DNA of 63,876 nt, filler included, from Octopus bimaculoides (taxonomy: Eukaryota): the NCBI RefSeq assembly GCF_001194135.2. It is 5 parts of 5 records of this genome, joined end to end, with 100 filler letters (N's around TTAATTAATTAA, not from the genome) between each part and the next. Parts side by side here need not be neighbours in the genome. Positions count along the whole stretch, not along the records: positions 5,908 to 28,721 come from NC_068999.1; positions 28,822 to 52,931 come from NC_068986.1; 3 more parts are not named here. One strand, given 5' to 3'. Position numbers and translations under genes: made by a program. Below are positions 25,255-38,185 of this stretch, piece by piece (position 1 is the first letter of the stretch; each line of letters opens with the position of its first letter). The notes beneath the pieces were generated by a model. The model searched no databases, was not told the DNA's origin, and saw nothing but the letters and a program-made list of their open reading frames with translations.

Positions 25255-25436
25255 TGTTCAAATTCCACTTTCATCCTTTCGGGGTCGATAAAATAAGTAC
25301 CAGTTGAACACCGGGGTCGATGTAATCGACTAGTCCCCTCCCCCAAAATTTCAGGTGTTATATTATACCTACAGTAAAAAGGAGCAGAATTGTTACCACG
25401 CCGGATAAAATGCTTAGCGGCATTTCTTCCGTCTTT
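25255..25436 (+). mobile_element. SINE family B, 3' half followed head-to-tail by a second 5' half (runs into gap)
   Basis: Direct match to family B. Confidence 0.8.
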
Positions 25437-26380
25437 NNNNNNNNNNNNNNNNNNNNNNNNNNNNNNNNNNNNNNNNNNNNNNNNNNNNNNNNNNNNNNNN
25501 NNNNNNNNNNNNNNNNNNNNNNNNNNNNNNNNNNNNNNNNNNNNNNNNNNNNNNNNNNNNNNNNNNNNNNNNNNNNNNNNNNNNNNNNNNNNNNNNNNNN
25601 NNNNNNNNNNNNNNNNNNNNNNNNNNNNNNNNNNNNNNNNNNNNNNNNNNNNNNNNNNNNNNNNNNNNNNNNNNNNNNNNNNNNNNNNNNNNNNNNNNNN
25701 NNNNNNNNNNNNNNNNNNNNNNNNNNNNNNNNNNNNNNNNNNNNNNNNNNNNNNNNNNNNNNNNNNNNNNNNNNNNNNNNNNNNNNNNNNNNNNNNNNNN
25801 NNNNNNNNNNNNNNNNNNNNNNNNNNNNNNNNNNNNNNNNNNNNNNNNNNNNNNNNNNNNNNNNNNNNNNNNNNNNNNNNNNNNNNNNNNNNNNNNNNNN
25901 NNNNNNNNNNNNNNNNNNNNNNNNNNNNNNNNNNNNNNNNNNNNNNNNNNNNNNNNNNNNNNNNNNNNNNNNNNNNNNNNNNNNNNNNNNNNNNNNNNNN
26001 NNNNNNNNNNNNNNNNNNNNNNNNNNNNNNNNNNNNNNNNNNNNNNNNNNNNNNNNNNNNNNNNNNNNNNNNNNNNNNNNNNNNNNNNNNNNNNNNNNNN
26101 NNNNNNNNNNNNNNNNNNNNNNNNNNNNNNNNNNNNNNNNNNNNNNNNNNNNNNNNNNNATATATATATCCATCAAAGCAGTAACACACCTAATGCTTCC
26201 AAACATCACACATACATGTACATACATACGTGCACACGCACATACATAACCAACACGCACGCTCACACACACACACACACGCGCGCACATAAATATACAC
26301 ACATATATCCATGTGTATGTATGTTTACAAAATAGAAATACACACACACAAGTACACATACTGGTATATCTGTGTGTGTA

Positions 26381-26414
<34 letters not shown>

Positions 26415-27616
26415 TTTGTATTTGAATGACTGTATGTCTATATTTCTATATATTATTTTCTTTTTTAAAGCGCAGACACATTCGCCCTCCTCACTCCCCA
26501 CTCGCATACCAAATCACACAAGAAAGCTGATACGGTACGTTGTATTGTGTTCGCATTGAAAATAGTTTATCGATTTTTTTCCTGTTTACCTTCTTTACGT
26601 TTCAAAATTAGATACACCGGTAGAACGTCAGTGTTGGGTTTCGAATCGAGGCCAAGTACACGTGTAAAGCATCTTCAGACTGTAATTGGTAAGGTCACTG
26701 AGGCGTCAACGAGTGCTTTCTTTCCTGTTTCAATGCCAAGCGTACGCCCCACATCCCACTCTGCCTCTATGTCTTCTGTACCATTTCTGTGGTATTTTCA
26801 TGCATGTTAATGTTAATATATCGTGAGTTGTAAAACTCCGATGAGCTGAGATTATCTGTATAAGTAGTAGAGAAAGTTCTCTTTAAAGGTGTTTAAAATC
26901 TTGCAAAAATAAAATGTTTCAAAAACAAGGAACATAATTATAACAAAAAGCAACTGTAGGTAGCAGCACCAACAGTCGCCAGTCAAATTTCGCATGAATT
27001 ATAAAATAAAATTAATCGAAATTTTTGCAAAAGCAGAAAAGCGATAAGGAAAAAGATCTGGTCTTTAAAGCCAACTGCAAAAAGTAACTCACGTGTTGCA
27101 AATGTATTAAACTCCTTCAGCGAATCATATTCTCATAAGGTTGCCCCAAAACTGAGTACCCTCTCTCTCTCTCTCTCTCTTCCCCCTCTCTCTCTATCTC
27201 TATCTCTCTCTCTTTCTCTCTCTCTCTCTTCCCCCTCTCTCTCTATCTCTATCTCTCTCTCTCTCTCTGGAGGCTCGATATTTATCAAATGTTGATTGCT
27301 TCCATTACGGCCGCATATTGTGATGAACTACATCTACAAACATTATGATGGATTTCCGAGGTCCCAGAAACAGCTGTTGGACTTATAACACCTTATTTCC
27401 TCCACTTTAATTTCTTCTGTTGTTTGTACTCTGAGTAAGTTGGATCTATTAATATAAATATCGATATATTTATGTTTAAATATTCATAGCCTGAAAGTCT
27501 CCACTTTTTACCTTCTCTCGTTTTGCATCGATACATATATACATATTTTGTATTTCATACCCAAACTGTCACATTTAAAATATCTAATTTGTTTATCCAC
27601 ATAATTGCTCTCTCTC

Positions 27617-27661
<45 letters not shown>

Positions 27662-27674
27662 TTATCTATTTATT

Positions 27675-27785
27675 TACTCTTTTGCTCTTTTACTTGTTTC
27701 AGTCATTTGACTGCGGCCATGATGGAGCACCGCCTTTAGTCGAGCAAATCGACCCCAGGAGTTATTCTTTGTAAGCCTAGTACTT
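27675..27785 (-). mobile_element. SINE family A 3' end (runs into gap)
   Basis: TTTTACTTGTTTCAGTCATTTGACTGCGGCCATG match. Confidence 0.85.
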
Positions 27786-28663
27786 NNNNNNNNNNNNNNN
27801 NNNNNNNNNNNNNNNNNNNNNNNNNNNNNNNNNNNNNNNNNNNNNNNNNNNNNNNNNNNNNNNNNNNNNNNNNNNNNNNNNNNNNNNNNNNNNNNNNNNN
27901 NNNNNNNNNNNNNNNNNNNNNNNNNNNNNNNNNNNNNNNNNNNNNNNNNNNNNNNNNNNNNNNNNNNNNNNNNNNNNNNNNNNNNNNNNNNNNNNNNNNN
28001 NNNNNNNNNNNNNNNNNNNNNNNNNNNNNNNNNNNNNNNNNNNNNNNNNNNNNNNNNNNNNNNNNNNNNNNNNNNNNNNNNNNNNNNNNNNNNNNNNNNN
28101 NNNNNNNNNNNNNNNNNNNNNNNNNNNNNNNNNNNNNNNNNNNNNNNNNNNNNNNNNNNNNNNNNNNATATTATCTATGTATTTATATATGTATGTATGT
28201 ATGCATGCATGTATGAAATATACGTATGTATGTATGTATGTATGTATGTATGTATGTATGTATGTATGTGCACGTGGATAAATAGATGGATAGAAAGACA
28301 GATAGAGAGAACTGTATAAGCATACACTCAAACATCAGAGGAAACGGGTAAAGATTTAAGCTTACAGAACAGTAATAAGATCCAAACGAAAAACATAAAT
28401 AAATGTATGAGTGGTTGGCCTAACACCTATGTTATAAAACATATTGGCCTAGCCCTATAGTAATATGTAGCAATCGTGTCTTTATCAAAATCATTCGTTT
28501 ACCACACCCCAGTAAGTTTGCTATTCAGCCAAACATTTAGACAGACGGTCAGCCGGCCATTCAGTGAGTCTTGGGCCAACTCCGACCCTCTCTTTCCTCT
28601 CTCTCTCTCACTCAATTTCCTTATCGCTGTCCCTCCTTCCCTTCTTCTCTCTGTCTGTCTGTC

Positions 28664-28721
<58 letters not shown>

Positions 28722-29888
28722 NNNNNNNNNNNNNNNNNNNNNNNNNNNNNNNNNNNNNNNNNNNNTTAATTAATTAANNNNNNNNNNNNNNNNNNNNNNN
28801 NNNNNNNNNNNNNNNNNNNNNATATATATATATATATATATACAGAGAGAGAGATATATATTTGCTGACTTAAAATGGTCTATAAAAAACTATAATAAAA
28901 TCACGCATGTCATTACCTTACTGATACAAGCTGGTACACACGCTTATATATAGGGACAGTGTTATATATGCGTGTATACATATATACACATATATACATA
29001 AATATACATGTGTATGAGTGCGCACGCGTCTATGCGTGTGTGTGACTTTGTGTGTGTGTCCATGTATGTATATCTTTATATGTAACTATGTATATGTATA
29101 TATATATATGTGTATGTGTGTGAGAAGGTAGAAGTGAGACAAAAATGTCAGCTTCAATAAAATTTGACCATCTTTAGATGTTGTGCAATGTTCCTGCTAA
29201 AATTACTATAAAAACTGACCGTGTATAAAGTAAACACAAATTTGATAGCAGGTATCTATACGTGTAATTACAGAGAAACACAGAGGCAGTATAGGAAAGA
29301 AAAGACCCGCGTTGACACCCACATACACAGAGATATTCATACACCACCAACGCACTCTAAAATTTTATCGTAAAACTGAAAGGTAAAAAGGAGAGCATAG
29401 CAAAAAAAAACTATCTATCGTATAATTTTACTATCTATATTGAGAAAACTACTAAACAAGACAATGGTCCATATCATGAGATCGAAAGTGCATAATGTGA
29501 ATAGCATTAACCTAAGTGTCAGCTACCAACTTCACGTAGCTGTGAAGTATGTAAACCAAAAAGGCTGCATAGGAATGGACAGTGGGCAGTGGTAGCACTG
29601 TAAAATCAGGTGTGTGTTGATTTGCATGCATTTGATATGGTGGGATTGGGACAATTCCCATTAACTTTATGGGCGATGGCAAAGTGGGTGAAACTGATGC
29701 TGTTAATATCGAATGTCAACAGCTGAAGATCCTCGTTTGCGAAGGGTGGTGCTGTGATGGACAAAATGTGCACAACGGGGAATCTGGTATATGGTCTTAA
29801 CTTCAACAGAATAAACTTTTTTAAATTTACCCACGGATGTGGTATTAACCATGTAAACTAAGAAATAATTAATTCTTTAGAAGTACAA

Positions 29889-30036
29889 GCATGGTTGTAT
29901 GGTTAAGAAACTCGCTTTCCAATCATGCTGTTTCGGGTTCAGTCTCATTATTCGGCATCTCGGGCAAGTACTATAATTTCGGGTCGACTAATTCCTTGTG
30001 AGTGAATTTGAGAGAGGGAAACTGTGTTGAAAGCCA

Positions 30037-30073
<37 letters not shown>

Positions 30074-30360
30074 GTGTGTGTGCGCGCGTGTGTGTGTGTG
30101 TGTGCGTGTGTGTGTATGCTTGTGTGTGTCTCTTTGTTTGCCCATCACCCCTCACTTGATAACCGATATTGGTTTGTTTCCGTCCCTGTAACTTAGTTGA
30201 TTGACGAATGAGACAGTAAACGAGACCGGTGGAATGAACCCCAGACTTTAAAAAAAGGAGATGAGATAAGTACAGGGATCGATTTGTTCGACTGGACCCT
30301 TTTAGGCGGCGCTCCATCTTTGTTGCATTCTAATGACTGAAGCATATAAAGGCTAAAAGA
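29889..30360 (+). mobile_element. SINE family A, old diverged copy with expanded (TG)n
   Basis: Head, CORE-like segment and 3' GATCGATTTGTTCGACT recognisable. Confidence 0.75.
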
Positions 30361-32072
30361 CAAAAAAATATTTTTAGTTTTGCTCTAAAATAAACTCGGT
30401 ATTGCAACTCTTACAATAAGCATAATTATCTAGTGTTATACAATATAACAGAATATATCTATAGCTTTAAGCCTACACGCTATGTAATTGACAGATTATT
30501 AACCATTTATGATTATAAATAATAATTTCGTGGAAATAGTACAGAGAAATTGTCCAGGTTACTTTCATTCCTATATTGGGATTTCTTCAGTGACCTATTA
30601 CCCTCCTTAATTATCGGTGGAGGCGCTGTTTGTATACCCATTTTTACTAAGTGATTCAGCAAGTCGAATTGACCGATTTGCAGACGGGATGAATTATTGG
30701 CAGCTAGTTCAGTTTATAAATTACTGTTATGTTAATAGTGATTTGTTTCAAAACTGTACTGCACTTAAAAATATGTCAATAGAGTTTTAGCCCAACACTG
30801 TATGTCATAGACCGTTTATAATCAAGTAGTTAGTCTGAATACTCTGTTGGGATTTCACCAATAATCAAGTAACTTCTTTCATTATCCACAGACATTCGTT
30901 TACTAAACCAGTATTACCAAGTTTCAGCAAATTGAATACATCAACTGGTATATAAAACGCATTCTTTAATAATTCTGCAACCGGTGAACGATGATTTAGA
31001 TATAATTGCGTTACATTCAGCTTCAGTGAAATCAAAATTATATATCCTCTGCTTATCAGACCTCAACACCGTAAAATTTATTTATGAAATTAATTAACCC
31101 TTTTAAACCAAGACAGACCATCTCTATTTTCCAGTGGTTCTAATTTCGTTCTTTATATTGAAACATTATTGAGTATTTTCAATATTTTGTTTAGTGGCTT
31201 TGAAGTCTTGTTGATGATACCCTCACCAATACGTCTCCGATCATGTAGGCTTATGATACACTAGTTTCCAACCATGATCTGCCTATCTTTTTAAGGCTAT
31301 CCAAGACTACATTCAATGTATCCTTTTTATATTTAATGTATCCTTTTTCTCTTTTCAGCAAGTCGAATTTGATTTGAGAAAGATTTGTCTATTATTTTTG
31401 GCTTGTCGTTCCATCACGTGGAGTCTCCCTCGAGGACTCATGTACTTTGGGGTTTGAAACTAAGACAGTAAACATTGTATATAACAGACAATAGAACTCT
31501 ACGTTTTATTAATTCCATATAGGACACATCCTCAAAATCAATGTGTCTCAAATTGAACTGTAACGACTCTGTGGGTAAATATAGAAAAATTAGGGGGCGT
31601 TGAGTACTAGGGACTATTTTGTATCTTAATAATTGAATCATAAAAAAAATCATAATAACATTGCTTCAATGAGGGCGGAAGTTAATGATGTACAAGGTCG
31701 AAAAGAAGGGTCTGGGCAAAAACATTAGGGAAACGCAATATTAGTGATATAATTGCTGAATAGAAGATTCAGGTGTTATAACCAAACAATTACGTTTCCG
31801 ATCTTAGTTAAGACTCAAAATATTTTTATCTATCAAACTAACAATAACGCAACGTGATAACTAGATACCTTCTATATCTTGGTCGATTTCTAGAAATCTG
31901 CCAGAAACCGGTCAAATTTCTTTTATACCACACTCCACCGGGTTAAAGTTTTAACAGGATGATGATGATGCAGCCCTCGAGAAGTTATGCTAGAGAAATG
32001 ATGGTATGGCCACGGATGGAATGCTTTTGGTCATAGGACTGCACGATGGATGATGATCTGGAATCTAATCGA

Positions 32073-32249
32073 TCTTTTCTACTCTAAATACAAGGCCCGA
32101 AATTTTGTAGGAGGGTACTTAATTTATCGACCACGAAAGGATGAAAGGCAAAGTCGACCTCGGCGGAATTTTATCTCAGAACGTAAAGACAGACGAAATA
32201 CCGCTAAGCATGTCGCCCGGTGCTAACGTTTCTGCCAGATCGCCGCCTT
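32073..32249 (-). mobile_element. SINE family B, internally deleted
   Basis: Reverse-complement match to 18007-18222. Confidence 0.85.
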
Positions 32250-33294
32250 GTCCTGGGATCTAAACAATAACAAGTACACCAATCTTGTGTCGTTCATCTG
32301 GGGAGAAAAACACAGTCACTGTATTTATCAAGAAAATATCATCACAAGTTACTTCCCCTTAAACATGAGCCTCGCTCTACAAGAATAATCGTGATTACTT
32401 CAAATGCTCTTGAATAACGTACACCGTATGAATAGCAAAGCTGCGTCATAATGACTATTTTTCCTCTTCAGAGCCAGTAAATAACTAACCCCCTCATAAC
32501 TACTAACACTCTACAAGCAGAGATGAGCCACACAACTTAGTTTTGTTACCATATCTTGTACGGTGATGCATACGTTCAGAGTAATCTTAGACCGATTTCA
32601 GGGGTGGGGGAAAAATCACTAAAATTATTGTCTTGAAATCATTCACAAAAAACAAACATTTTGCCCATAAATGTGCTGTTTCTTTTCGTTGCCTTTTATA
32701 CTGCTATTAAAACGGCCATTTCTTCTCAGAGCTGGTTAGTCTTCTGTCACCAGGCTCTACTCAGGCAGTTCTGACCCACTCGTATCTCCCTCCGCTTGTC
32801 ACCCATGCTGTCTTCATAATCTCCAGGCCTGACACTGGCCTGTGTTTCTAGTCTTCTCCAAACAAATGCAGGTCTTCTTGGTTTCCTTTCAGTCGGTGAA
32901 TGTGTCTTTCTTGGAGTCGTTGTCTTGTAATTGTTTAAGCAGAAAATGAACAAAATGAAACTAACTGACTTCGGAAGGGTTGGGGAGGCAATGGATAGAA
33001 CTTCTTGCTTAAGACTATACCAGCGCGAAAATATAAAACAAAGTGAACAAATCAAAGAAGATATAAAAAGAGAAGAGAAGAAGAGAAGAAAGAAACAAGG
33101 GAAAATAAGAAAAATTAAAGGAGCGCGAACGAACGGTTAGTTGTGTGTAAGAAAAAAAGGAAAGTGGAAAACAAAAGGTAATAAACCAAAGGCGGGAGAA
33201 ACGAAGAGAGGGAGAGAAAAAAACAAGAGAGAGAGAGAGATAGAAAAAAAAGAGAGAGAGAGAAGAAAGAGAGAGAGAGAGAGAGAAAATGAAG

Positions 33295-33330
<36 letters not shown>

Positions 33331-33660
33331 AAGGAGGGAGAAGGAGATAGTAAAAAGCAAGCAAAATAACAAAAAAGAGAGGCGACGATATAAAAGCGTG
33401 ACCCTATTATAGCATCATTGACCTTGTTTGTCCCGCAAATTACGCCTCGAGTAATCAAGCCTGGCTAGAAAACAGTCATTTCAGATTATCGATCGGTTTA
33501 GACTGGTGGAGGAAAAGTCTTAAAACTGTCCAGAATCTCCGACTAGAAATCACTGGTTGTCTCTGTAGACGACATGTTTTATGATTTCATGACTTACGGC
33601 CATTTTCCATATTCACTGACAACCTGTGGTTATCTAAGTGATGGTCAATTTATTTAGTCT

Positions 33661-33722
<62 letters not shown>

Positions 33723-33949
33723 GCATATCTAGATGTGTATGTGCATGTGTGTGAGTGTTTGTATTTCTAGATGTAGGCGTGTGTGTGCGTGTATGTGTGT
33801 CTGTGTGTGGTGGGGTTAAAGACTGGCGGAAGGTTGAAGTGTTTGTTTAACAATAGAAGATAACTGGTGACGCAGTGTTTTAGGTTTTATGCCAATCTGA
33901 CTTTGTGAAAGATTTCTGTCATTTTATAATTGTTGTTTAACCCTAGGTC

Positions 33950-34346
33950 GCCGTTGTGGAGGCGCAATGGCCCAGTAGTTAGGGCAGCGGATTCGCGGTC
34001 ATAGGATCGCGGTTTCGATTCCCAGACCGGGCGTTGTGAATGTTTATTGAGCGAAAACACCTAAAGCTCCACGAGGCTCCGGCAGGGGATGGTGGCGAAC
34101 CCTGCTGTACTCTTTCACCACAACTCTCTCTCACGCTTACATCCTGTTTCTGTTGTGCCTGTAATTCAAAGGGTCACCCTTGTCACACTGCGTCACACTG
34201 AATATCCCCGAGAACTACGCTAAGGGTACACGTGACTGTGGAGTGCTCAGCCACTTGCACGTTAATTTCACGAGCAGGCTGTTTTGTTGATCGGATCAAC
34301 TGGAACCCTTGACGTAGTAAGCGACGGAGTGCCAACAACAACAACA
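33950..34346 (+). mobile_element. Full-length tRNA-derived SINE (family E) with (CAA)n tail and 11-bp target-site duplication
   Basis: Head GTGGAGGCGCAATGGCCCAGTAGTTAGGGCAGCGG...GGTTTCGATTCCC (A/B boxes). Tail CCAACAACAACAACA. AACCCTAGGTC is repeated at 33939-33949 and 34347-34357. Confidence 0.88.
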
Positions 34347-34589
34347 AACCCTAGGTCAACCCTTATCGAGTACACTTATAATCAGAAGCCTACCAGTTGT
34401 AACAATCCCGTATTCTAAAACTATCTCCTGCAATGTGTGCCTTTAATTTTCTTCCCACCGATGTTAGAGTCCATGTCAACTGCTGTGATTGCAGAGCTTC
34501 TTCCGGTGAGGTGATACGAGCAGAAGTATGTGCATATAAAATCGTCTCTTTGGCTATCTGTAACTTCGTTGGTCTGCCTAGTTTTAATA

Positions 34590-34931
34590 TTTTATCTTTT
34601 ACTTGTTTCGATGATTGGAATTGGACTCGACCATGCTGGGGCACCTCTTTCAAGAGTTTAGTCGAACAGATCGGCCTAGTACTTACTTTTTGTTAAGCCT
34701 AATACTAATTCCATCGGTTACCTTTGCCGAACTGCTAATTTACGGGGACGTAAACATACAGACACCGATGGGTTAGATAGACAAATACAAAGATACACAC
34801 ACACACATACACATCAACGCACGCATACACACGCGTGCACACACCCGCGCACTCACACACATGTATCTATCTAATCTGTTGTATATACATATGTATATAT
34901 GTATATATATATATTTATAAAGTCTGTTGTA

Positions 34932-35003
<72 letters not shown>

Positions 35004-35165
35004 ACAGACTTTTTTTGGTTTCCGTTTACCAAATCCACTGTGGAAGCTTTGGTCGGCCTGGAGCTATAGTGGAAAACATTTTCCCAAGGTACTACGCTGT
35101 GAGACTGAACCCAAGCCCACAAACTTGACAAACCGGCTTCTTAACAACACAGTGCCGCCTGCGCC
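34590..35165 (-). mobile_element. SINE family A, full length with greatly expanded internal (CA)/(TA)n
   Basis: Both halves match; the internal repeat is ~200 bp. Confidence 0.85.
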
Positions 35166-35911
35166 TGTTACCATGCCTGCGCCTGTTTACATTTCTTAAT
35201 TAGTTTTCCTTTGTTACAGATACGCAATGATAATGTTAATGCCAATAAAAAACGAAGAATAATTAGCAAGCTCACAGCAAGAACCCAACCCAGATTTTCA
35301 GCATGCAGGCGTACGAAATATTTTTTTCCCATCAGTGCCTTCCAAAGTTTCTCTGACCTCGCTCATCTTCCAATACATAAGGTAACGACATCTTTGATCT
35401 TTCTCCAGTAGTGAAAACACCCCATTCCCAGAGAAATGGTTAGCTACTTCTGTATTTACTGACCCACTTCGCTCTCTCTCTCTCTTCGTCTCTCTCTCTC
35501 TCATTCTCTCTCTCTCTCTTCTCTTCTCTCCCGCTCTCACTCTTTCTGTCTTTCTCTCTCTGCAATCTTCCGTTTTTGGAATATGAACTTTGATATTTTT
35601 TGTCAACTTTTTGTCAGTTTAAATTTAAGTTTCAAACGCCTAAGTATTCTGTTCGACATATATGGATGTCACGATAACCTATTTGAAAATCACTGCTCTA
35701 TATGATAATCCGACCGGCTTGAAATGACAAACAAATATCCCTAAAAACAACAACCAGAAAATAAATCAGTCATTGTGGATAATTAGGTTCTATTTCATGC
35801 TTGAAATAAAAAGACTGAAACAATCATAGCAGGAACGTTTTTGCTCGTAGATGTTTTGAACCAGGTGTGACATTGGGGTAAAAAAAACAAAAAAACATTA
35901 CCAACGACATA

Positions 35912-36034
35912 GGAGTAGGCGTAGCTGTGTGGCAAGAAGCTTGCTTCTCAACATCATAGTTCCTGGTTCAGTCTTACTGTGTGGCACCTTGGGCAACTGT
36001 CTTCTCCTATAGCCTCGAACCGACCAAAGCCTTG
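35912..36034 (+). mobile_element. SINE family A 5' fragment
   Basis: GTGGCACCTTGGGCAA..CTATAGCCTCG match. Confidence 0.78.
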
Positions 36035-37994
36035 CTCAAAACCCTGCAACTCCCGAACCAGTGCCCAGTGCTGGATGCAGTTTAAAAACATACATACATA
36101 CATCTATACATGCATACATGCATGCATACACGCATACATGCATACATACATATATATACATACATCCATACATGCATACATGCATACATACATACATGCA
36201 TACATGCATACATACATACATATATATACATATGGAACTGTAAAAACCTGTATGACATTTTACTTAAGTTTAAAATATGATATTCATTTTGTTATCTACA
36301 TTCTAATAATATTTGTTAGAATCGTTTCAAAGAATCCTTCTTCAAAGACAGATTTCAAATAATTATAAAAAGAGAAAGAAACGTACTTTCAGGGTGCTTG
36401 ATAGTTATATTTGGCACGGGAATCTATTCACTGAGTCTACGATAAGCAATTTCTTTCAAACTCATACCTCAGTGACTAGCCTTGTTAAATAAGTCTTCAC
36501 GCCTACGATCATATTCAGGGAAGAAAACTTGGATGTCTTGTCTAAAGTTGTAGGAAAGAAAAGAAGATCTGTAGCGTAATCATGCGCTAATTATGGTTCA
36601 TGAATCTTGACTCGAGGATTTTTATTTTTCTACCAATTAACAATAGTGATGTAAGAAAAAGTCGTACATAAGTGTTGGAAATTTTGGGTATTTTACGAAC
36701 AAAGCAACTGATTCTGATCCTCCAAATTTATTTAATTAATATTGCATTAAAGGTTTGCAAACTATTAAAAAAAACTCTCTTTTTGAGATTTCTAGAATAA
36801 AGATATTGACACTACANNNNNNNNNNNNNNNNNNNNNNNNNNNNNNNNNNNNNNNNNNNNNNNNNNNNNNNNNNNNNNNNNNNNNNNNNNNNNNNNNNNN
36901 NNNNNNNNNNNNNNNNNNNNNNNNNNNNNNNNNNNNNNNNNNNNNNNNNNNNNNNNNNNNNNNNNNNNNNNNNNNNNNNNNNNNNNNNNNNNNNNNNNNN
37001 NNNNNNNNNNNNNNNNNNNNNNNNNNNNNNNNNNNNNNNNNNNNNNNNNNNNNNNNNNNNNNNNNNNNNNNNNNNNNNNNNNNNNNNNNNNNNNNNNNNN
37101 NNNNNNNNNNNNNNNNNNNNNNNNNNNNNNNNNNNNNNNNNNNNNNNNNNNNNNNNNNNNNNNNNNNNNNNNNNNNNNNNNNNNNNNNNNNNNNNNNNNN
37201 NNNNNNNNNNNNNNNNNNNNNNNNNNNNNNNNNNNNNNNNNNNNNNNNNNNNNNNNNNNNNNNNNNNNNNNNNNNNNNNNNNNNNNNNNNNNNNNNNNNN
37301 NNNNNNNNNNNNNNNNNNNNNNNNNNNNNNNNNNNNNNNNNNNNNNNNNNNNNNNNNNNNNNNNNNNNNNNNNNNNNNNNNNNNNNNNNNNNNNNNNNNN
37401 NNNNNNNNNNNNNNNNNNNNNNNNNNNNNNNNNNNNNNNNNNNNNNNNNNNNNNNNNNNNNNNNNNNNNNNNNNNNNNNNNNNNNNNNNNNNNNNNNNNN
37501 NNNNNNNNNNNNNNNNNNNNNNNNNNNNNNNNNNNNNNNNNNNNNNNNNNNNNNNNNNNNNNNNNNNNNNNNNNNNNNNNNNNNNNNNNNNNNNNNNNNN
37601 NNNNNNNNNNNNNNNNNNNNNNNNNNNNNNNNNNNNNNNNNNNNNNNNNNNNNNNNNNNNNNNNNNNNNNNNNNNNNNNNNNNNNNNNNNNNNNNNNNNN
37701 NNNNNNNNNNNNNNNNNNNNNNNNNNNNNNNATATATATATATATATATACAAATGTATGCATATATATGTATGTATATATGCACTTAAATATAGATTCA
37801 TGCATACTTATAAACTTACTTTGACGCATACGTAACTACATAATTTAAGACATATATACGCATATGCATAGATTCACACACACTAGTAGAATAAAGGAAA
37901 GCATGATGCCAAGGGAAAAAATAATAACTAGAAAATCCAAGAAGTACAATAAGAATACATTTATAAGAAGTTGTGTACGATGGAGATGGTGTTG

Positions 37995-38077
37995 GTGTTG
38001 ATGGTGACAGAGTTGTGTGTGTGTGTGTATGTGTGTGTGTGTGTGTGTGATTGTGTGTGTGTGTGTGTTTGTGTGTG

Positions 38078-38169
<92 letters not shown>

Positions 38170-38185
38170 CGTGCGTGTGTGCCTG
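37995..38185. repeat. Long (TG)n microsatellite
   Basis: Direct reading. Confidence 0.95.

Noticed and set aside
26600-26810. GC-richer segment with a protein-like minus frame (EDIEAEWDVGRTLGIETGKKALVDAS*)
   Set aside because: Interrupted by a stop and no motif recognised; at most an unclassifiable TE relic.
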